From the NCBI GenBank assembly GCA_963926355.1, contig CAWUWW010000004.1, positions 18,965-82,964 on the forward strand: a DNA stretch of 64,000 nt, read 5' to 3'. This DNA is from an uncultured SAR86 cluster bacterium. GTDB lineage: Bacteria > Pseudomonadota > Gammaproteobacteria > Magnimaribacterales > D2472. The notes beneath the pieces were generated by a model, which was given only the letters and a program-made list of their open reading frames with translations, searched no databases and was not told the DNA's origin. Numbering within the stretch: position 1 is the first letter of the stretch; every line of letters begins with the position of its first letter. This document shows positions 58,404-64,000 of the stretch, one piece after another. Made by a program: the position numbers and the translations under genes.

Positions 58404-59519
58404 CTAGTTTTTTTCTACCAATAACGAACATATAGAATAACCAGCTCCAAAAGAGCATATTACTCCTTTCTCTCCAGGCTCTAAGTCATTGTTTAAATTA
58501 AATGCAACAAGAGAACCAACTGAAGCAAGATTGCCATATTTCTCTATTGGCATTGGAATTATGCTTTGATCAAAATCATCCCTACCTAGGACCTTTGAAG
58601 CAATCAATCTAATCATTTTTCCGTTGGCTTGGTGCAGCCAGAACTTAGATATATCTTCAGGTAAGATATTATTAGTTGAAAGCTGCTCAGAAATTAAAGA
58701 TGCAACAAGAGGGCATACGTCTTTAAATACGCCTCTTCCATTTTGATTAAATAAAAGCTCGTCCATTGGTTTTTGATTCTCTGCAGATCTTAATAAATAT
58801 CCAAAATCACTTCGAATATTATTGGAGAATTGGGTATGAAGTTTTCTGTCAATTATCTTAAAACTTTTTTTAGAGCTAGCATTTTTTTGAACAATAGTTG
58901 CTGCACAAGCATCACCGAAAATAAAATGTTTATCTCTCTGGGTAAAATTAACAAACGGAGTTGAAATTTCAGGATTTATAACCAATATCGTATTTGCAAG
59001 CCCTGAAGCTATATCGCTATATGCATTATTAATAGCAAAGGTGGTTGATGAGCATCCAACAAGTATGTCATAAGCATACCCATTAACACCAAGCTCATTT
59101 TGAATCTCTATAGCTATAGCAGGATAGTTTCTAGGCGCATGCGATGTGCCTACAATTATTGCATCTATATCGCCGACAGATATACCAGCTTGGTCCATGG
59201 CTTTTTTAGCAGCAATTAATCCTATTTCAGCATGAAGGGATAAGGAGTCTTTATCCTCATTTCTAACATAAGGCATCATTCTATTTGTATCAAGAATACC
59301 TGCCTTATCAATAACATATCTTGTTTTAATTCCAGATGCTTTTTCTATAAATTCAGATGACGATAGCTGCATCTCTTCAAGTTCACCATTTTCAATTTGA
59401 GTCTTATTGGCAATATTAAAATCAGCTACATAGGTATTGTATGATTCGACAAGCTCATCGTTCGTAATAATATCTTTAGGATGCCAGAGCCCAGTTCCAG
59501 CTATAGAAATGTTATGCAT
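58404..59519 (-). CDS. beta-ketoacyl-ACP synthase III family (long FabH-like)
   Basis: Active-site Cys (VGCSSTTFA), His (WLHQANGKM) and Asn (YGNLASVGS). Confidence 0.8.
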   Translation of the reverse strand: MHNISIAGTGLWHPKDIITNDELVESYNTYVADFNIANKTQIENGELEEMQLSSSEFIEKASGIKTRYVIDKAGILDTNRMMPYVRNEDKDSLSLHAEIGLIAAKKAMDQAGISVGDIDAIIVGTSHAPRNYPAIAIEIQNELGVNGYAYDILVGCSSTTFAINNAYSDIASGLANTILVINPEISTPFVNFTQRDKHFIFGDACAATIVQKNASSKKSFKIIDRKLHTQFSNNIRSDFGYLLRSAENQKPMDELLFNQNGRGVFKDVCPLVASLISEQLSTNNILPEDISKFWLHQANGKMIRLIASKVLGRDDFDQSIIPMPIEKYGNLASVGSLVAFNLNNDLEPGEKGVICSFGAGYSICSLLVEKN

Positions 59520-59556
59520 AATATGTATAAATTTTAAATTTGATATATTATAAATT

Positions 59557-60459
59557 ATGACTTCAAATATAACTAATCAGGATTCCGCTTTGCATGAGTT
59601 TCTAACTTCTCAAAATAATCCAAAAGGTATTATTTACATAAGTCATGGTATGGCTGAGCATATAGGGCGATATAGATGGCTTATTGATAAGCTAAATTTA
59701 GATGGATACCACGTTATATCAATTGATCATAGGGGTCATGGCAGTTGGATTAAAAAAGGAAAAACTCAGGGTTTTTTCTCTGATACTAATGGCTGGGATA
59801 AGGTTTCTAATGATTTATCCTCTTTGATTTTAGATACCCATGTTAAATACCCAAACATAAATCATTACTTAATTGCTCATAGTATGGGATCTTGGATAGG
59901 CCTCAATTCAATTATGGATCCACTACCTCTTAAAGGATTGATAATAACTGGATCAACAAAATTACCTAATTTACTTATTAGAGTTCAAAGAATATTAATC
60001 CTTCTCCTGCTCAAATTATTTGGCAGTCATTCGGTAAGTAACTTTTTAGATTTTATAACCATAGGTACATACAATAATAAAATTAAACCTCAGAAAACTG
60101 CTAGTGATTGGATATCTTCAGATCCTAATAACGTTCAGGAATATATAAATGATCCTTTATGTGGTTTTAAAGTTACAAATGGATTGTGGAATGATCTTTC
60201 CTATGGGTTATTAAAAGTTTTTAATAAAGCAAGTTATAAGAATTCAAATCATAAACTTCCAATAGTTCTAATATCAGGCTCGCTAGACCCAGTAAGTAAT
60301 AATGGTAAGGGCGTTAAGGACCTATACAACTTCCTTCTAAAATTATTTGATAATATAAACTACCATCTTATTGAGAATGAAAGACATGAGGTGTTTAGCG
60401 GTCTTAAAAAAGATCAGGCTTACAAAATACTTAGAGACTTTCTTATTAAAAATATATAA
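59557..60459 (+). CDS. alpha/beta hydrolase (lysophospholipase / monoacylglycerol-lipase-like)
   Basis: HGMAEHIGRY, DHRGHG, and nucleophile AHSMGS. Confidence 0.75.
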   Translation: MTSNITNQDSALHEFLTSQNNPKGIIYISHGMAEHIGRYRWLIDKLNLDGYHVISIDHRGHGSWIKKGKTQGFFSDTNGWDKVSNDLSSLILDTHVKYPNINHYLIAHSMGSWIGLNSIMDPLPLKGLIITGSTKLPNLLIRVQRILILLLLKLFGSHSVSNFLDFITIGTYNNKIKPQKTASDWISSDPNNVQEYINDPLCGFKVTNGLWNDLSYGLLKVFNKASYKNSNHKLPIVLISGSLDPVSNNGKGVKDLYNFLLKLFDNINYHLIENERHEVFSGLKKDQAYKILRDFLIKNI

Positions 60460-60463
60460 AGCT

Positions 60464-61342
60464 TTAACAATCCAATAATAATTTATTTAAAGTTGATGCT
60501 GTTAACTCAGGCCTTTCAAAAAAAGGAAAATGACCTGTTTCATCTAGAATGATTACATCTGAAGTAATATCTAGGTTGTTTAACAGTTCATTATCAGGAT
60601 TAAACCTTGCAAGCTTATCTTTATCACCATAAATAAGTTTTATATTATTTAACCCGTCTATTAATTTCTCTTTCATTTTGAATGAGCTGCAGGCCTTTAA
60701 ATCTATTGAAAGTATTTCTTTTTGACTTTGATTAAATAATCTTTTTAGAGGGTACAGTTTAATTTCTCTTTCAGGATCATCTATTATATATTTAGTTCCG
60801 TATGGCGATTGTATGACTCCTTTTGATTTTCTATATGACCCTGACCCCATTGAGCCAAATCCTAAAGTTTTAATCTTATATTGAGGAAGATTATAAATTC
60901 CGTACTTTGTTAGGAATTCACAAGCTTGATCTAAATTACCTTTGGCGTGATCAAGAAGTTGTTCACCAACAATTAATGGATAGGCTGTATTCATCAATAT
61001 TCCAGAACTACCTTTATGCTTTGTTAAAAGATCCAAGACCACTAAACCGCCCATACTATGACCAATAAATGTTAAATCATTTAGCTTGAGCTTTTCTATT
61101 AGCTCATCACAAAATAATGAATAACTCTCAATTGATTTAAGCAACGGTCCTGTTGTGAAGCCATGTCCGGGCAAATCGACAGAAATAATGTTATAGAAAT
61201 CCTCTAAGTTGCTTAAATTAAGCATTGAAATGGTTCTATGATCCATTCCTGCACCAGGAATGAAAATAATAGATTTCTTAGAGATGCCTATCTCATTAAC
61301 GTTAAAAATATGAGCTTTATGTTCGGATAGATTTATATGCAT
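60464..61342 (-). CDS. alpha/beta hydrolase
   Basis: IPGAGMDH with nucleophile GHSMGG and C-terminal GHFPFFE. Confidence 0.7.
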   Translation of the reverse strand: MHINLSEHKAHIFNVNEIGISKKSIIFIPGAGMDHRTISMLNLSNLEDFYNIISVDLPGHGFTTGPLLKSIESYSLFCDELIEKLKLNDLTFIGHSMGGLVVLDLLTKHKGSSGILMNTAYPLIVGEQLLDHAKGNLDQACEFLTKYGIYNLPQYKIKTLGFGSMGSGSYRKSKGVIQSPYGTKYIIDDPEREIKLYPLKRLFNQSQKEILSIDLKACSSFKMKEKLIDGLNNIKLIYGDKDKLARFNPDNELLNNLDITSDVIILDETGHFPFFERPELTASTLNKLLLDC

Positions 61343-62807
61343 TATTAAGTATAGAGATTAGCAATAAAATGTTAATAAAAAGTAATGGTATAGAAAATAT
61401 TACTAAAATCCATTTAAAAGACTCAGTTCCACCTAGAAACATTATTAAAGAGGGCTGCACTACTAGAAGAATTGCAAAAATAATTCTTAAGCTTTTTGAG
61501 GATTCAATACTAGAATTGTTCATTGATGCACTTGCTAAAATATATGATGATGAATCATAAGTAGTGCATAAAAAAATTATAGAAATAATACCAAACATTA
61601 CTAATAAAATATTGCCATAATTGAGACTCGAGATAGTTTCAATAATCAATGACTCTGGTTGCATTATATTATTAGCAATGATTTCTGGAGAGTTTAAAAT
61701 ATTATTTTCATAAAAAAATATAGATAGATTTGTTAGAATTGATATATGAAGTATGCACCCAACCGTACCAATGATTATTGTCCCTAAAATTATTTGCCTA
61801 ATAGTTTTATTATTAGAAATGTTAATAATAAAAGTTCCCACTACTGGAGCAAGGGCTAGGTACCAAGCCCAATAAAAGACTGTCCAATCTAAACTATATT
61901 TTGTACCTGACGTTAAGCTCATATCAAGAAAATTAACTGCCACATTGCCAATAGTGTTTATTGAATTGCTAATGATATATTGCGTTGGACCTAGAAATAA
62001 AATTGTAGTCAAAAATATTATTACTAGGATAATATTTAAATTACTTAACTTTTTAATACCTTTTTCTATACCTAAATAAACACTTGTTCCAAAAATTCCA
62101 AGACATATAAACAAGGTAGTTATATCTAATGCAAAATTCTTTTCAACTGACAGTACCTTTGAGAAAACTGCTGATATTAAAGGAAATGAAAGTCCAAGAC
62201 CAACACCAGCTCCTGATAAAATAGCACCAATAAATAGAAGATCAAGAAGTACAGCTATTGGTCCATTTTTTTTAGTTAGCAGTATGCCGGAGAAGGTTAG
62301 TGGTGATTCAGGTTTCAGAGTCAAAGCAAAGGCAAATGCTACAGCTGGAAGACAGTAGATGGCCCATCCTGTAAATGCCCAATGAAAAATTGGATAAGTT
62401 CTTGCATTCAATAGATTTAACTCACTTTCTCTAGCAACGCCCTCCAAGGGGTTATTAAAATAATAAATCCATTCTATAGTTGACCAATAAAGTAAAGCTG
62501 CACCCATCCCGGTCGCAAATAACATTGCCCCCCAGGAAATAAATGAATATGTAGTTTTATTTGGTAGCGTTACCTTAAACCCTCCAGCAGGCGATATTGC
62601 AACCATTAATAGAACTACCAATATTAGAAAACCAATGTATAAAAAAATTGACTCAAAGGTCGAAGAGAAATATGAATAAATAAAAGCTAAAGATTCAGCG
62701 CTTCCCTTTGGATTGTTAATTACATATGATGATAATCCAACTAAAAGTAAAATAGTTATAGCTATTACAGTTTTATTCCATGTTGGGTTTATTTTGATAT
62801 TAAGCAT
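61317..62807 (-). CDS. BCCT-family (betaine/carnitine/choline) transporter
   Basis: About 12 TM, with a Trp-rich TM8-like block WTVFYWAWYLALAPVVGTFIINIS. Confidence 0.75.
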   Translation of the reverse strand: MLNIKINPTWNKTVIAITILLLVGLSSYVINNPKGSAESLAFIYSYFSSTFESIFLYIGFLILVVLLMVAISPAGGFKVTLPNKTTYSFISWGAMLFATGMGAALLYWSTIEWIYYFNNPLEGVARESELNLLNARTYPIFHWAFTGWAIYCLPAVAFAFALTLKPESPLTFSGILLTKKNGPIAVLLDLLFIGAILSGAGVGLGLSFPLISAVFSKVLSVEKNFALDITTLFICLGIFGTSVYLGIEKGIKKLSNLNIILVIIFLTTILFLGPTQYIISNSINTIGNVAVNFLDMSLTSGTKYSLDWTVFYWAWYLALAPVVGTFIINISNNKTIRQIILGTIIIGTVGCILHISILTNLSIFFYENNILNSPEIIANNIMQPESLIIETISSLNYGNILLVMFGIISIIFLCTTYDSSSYILASASMNNSSIESSKSLRIIFAILLVVQPSLIMFLGGTESFKWILVIFSIPLLFINILLLISILNNAYKSIRT

Positions 62808-62872
62808 ATAAATAGATAGATTTGCCTTAAATCATAATATAGAGCATTAGATAAATCGACCTTATAATTAAT

Positions 62873-63559
62873 ATGATAAAAAATAAATATAACTACCCCG
62901 ATCTAACAAGAATTGACCAAGAGCTGGGAAGATTTTATCTAGATTCAAAAAATCATCCGGTTCCTAGCGTTACGACCGTCTTAGGCAAGACGTCTACAAA
63001 GTCAGATTCTATTAATCAGTGGCGATTAAGGGTTGGAGAAGAAGAGGCTGATAGGGTAGTCAAGCAAAGTACAGATATAGGAAGTATGGTTCATGAGGCC
63101 CTTGAAAATTTTTTAAATGAAAAGGAATGGGATCTTTTTACAAATGATCAAAATAATATTATTGCTAAAAAAATTACTGAAAAATTTATTAGTGATGGTC
63201 TTGGAGCCATTACGGAGGTGTGGGGTCTAGAGGTTGGTTTGATTCTTGATAATCTGTATGCAGGGACAGCTGATTGTATCGGTGAGATAAATGGAATACC
63301 GTCTATCATAGATTTTAAAACTGCTAAAAAAATTAAGAGACGTGAATGGATAGAGGATTACTTTCTTCAATGCTGTGCATATGCAAACGCACATAACGTA
63401 ATGTTTGGAACAGATATACAGCAAGTTGTTATTTTAATGGTTGATAGAGATTTAATTTTTCAGGAGTTTATTGTTAAACCTAATGAATTTAGAGTTCTTA
63501 CTAATTCATGGAAGCAAAGGCTTTTAAAATTTCACTCTATTTTAAAAAATAATCAGTAG
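62873..63559 (+). CDS. PD-(D/E)XK nuclease-family protein (RecB/Cas4-like fold, no Cys cluster)
   Basis: Core GTADCIGEI...IIDFKTAKK (D...D/E-x-K) followed by QCCAYANAH. Confidence 0.6.
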   Translation: MIKNKYNYPDLTRIDQELGRFYLDSKNHPVPSVTTVLGKTSTKSDSINQWRLRVGEEEADRVVKQSTDIGSMVHEALENFLNEKEWDLFTNDQNNIIAKKITEKFISDGLGAITEVWGLEVGLILDNLYAGTADCIGEINGIPSIIDFKTAKKIKRREWIEDYFLQCCAYANAHNVMFGTDIQQVVILMVDRDLIFQEFIVKPNEFRVLTNSWKQRLLKFHSILKNNQ

Positions 63560-63658
63560 ATTTCATTTCTAAAGCCAGGATATTATTTATGGCTTCATTC
63601 CACTTAACAATAAAAATATTTATTTAATTACTTAGATTATTGGATTAAGATTAGTTGG

Positions 63659-64000
63659 ATGGCTAACTTTAAAAAAACAATACTTTATTTTATCTTTATA
63701 TCATCAAACTCTCTAACATCTAATGAAGTGCCTTACTTCATGATTGATGATGTAAAAATAAATGGTATATATTCTAATGATGGATTAGTAGAGTCATATT
63801 TAGGGGTTCCTTATGCAAGTCCTCCAGTTAACGAGCTAAGATGGCAAGAGCCCCAAGATAAGATATATGAGGCTAAATCATATAATGCTTTTAACTATCC
63901 TGCTGCTTGCATGCAAGGCCCAAGAATTTCTAACTGGTATAAAGAAGTAGCTAAAGGTTTTGGAGGCAATCCTGACTATATTAAATTTCCAGCTATAAGT
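63659..64000 (+). CDS. carboxylesterase type B family, 3-prime end outside window
   Basis: Open frame from ATG 63659 to the window end (114 codons). Signal peptide and signature GVPYASPPVNELRWQEPQ. Confidence 0.75.
   Translation, partial: MANFKKTILYFIFISSNSLTSNEVPYFMIDDVKINGIYSNDGLVESYLGVPYASPPVNELRWQEPQDKIYEAKSYNAFNYPAACMQGPRISNWYKEVAKGFGGNPDYIKFPAIS

Overview
Visibly AT-rich bacterial chromosome segment with about 70 tightly packed genes. The trxB-ftsK-lolA-(crcB)-serS order and a gspCDEFGHIJKLM operon point to a gammaproteobacterium. The many TonB-dependent receptors, BCCT, PiT and Amt transporters and mostly SD-less starts suggest a streamlined marine lineage, possibly SAR86-like; this is inference only. 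No CRISPR array, transposase, integrase or prophage was seen. Three themes stand out. (1) Phosphorus: phoB-phoR, a short PhoD-like phosphatase, ppk2 plus a short ppx/gppA-like gene, a PiT transporter and a glycerophosphodiesterase lie in the window. TGTCAC-type direct repeats with 11-bp phasing (Pho-box geometry) sit in front of three transcription units. (2) The most interesting locus runs 12.5-30.3 kb: phoBR, a Pho-box array, a 971-aa internally duplicated glycine-tethered lipoprotein of no family I can name, a TonB-dependent receptor, then a complete type II secretion system, all on one strand. (3) Nitrogen: two near-consensus sigma-54 promoters, one with an NtrC-like site, drive a TorF/Gcw_chp-like porin-glnK-amt operon and a second amt gene. 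Also notable are three paralogous secreted or lipoproteins, each an internal two-domain duplication with conserved Cys pairs, clustered around a tRNA-Gly(UCC). The photolyase homologue appears to lack the family's C-x2-C Fe-S ligands, and several ORFs shorter than any in the track look plausible, including an orphan ribbon-helix-helix protein. All functional calls come from motif recognition by eye; no searches were run.
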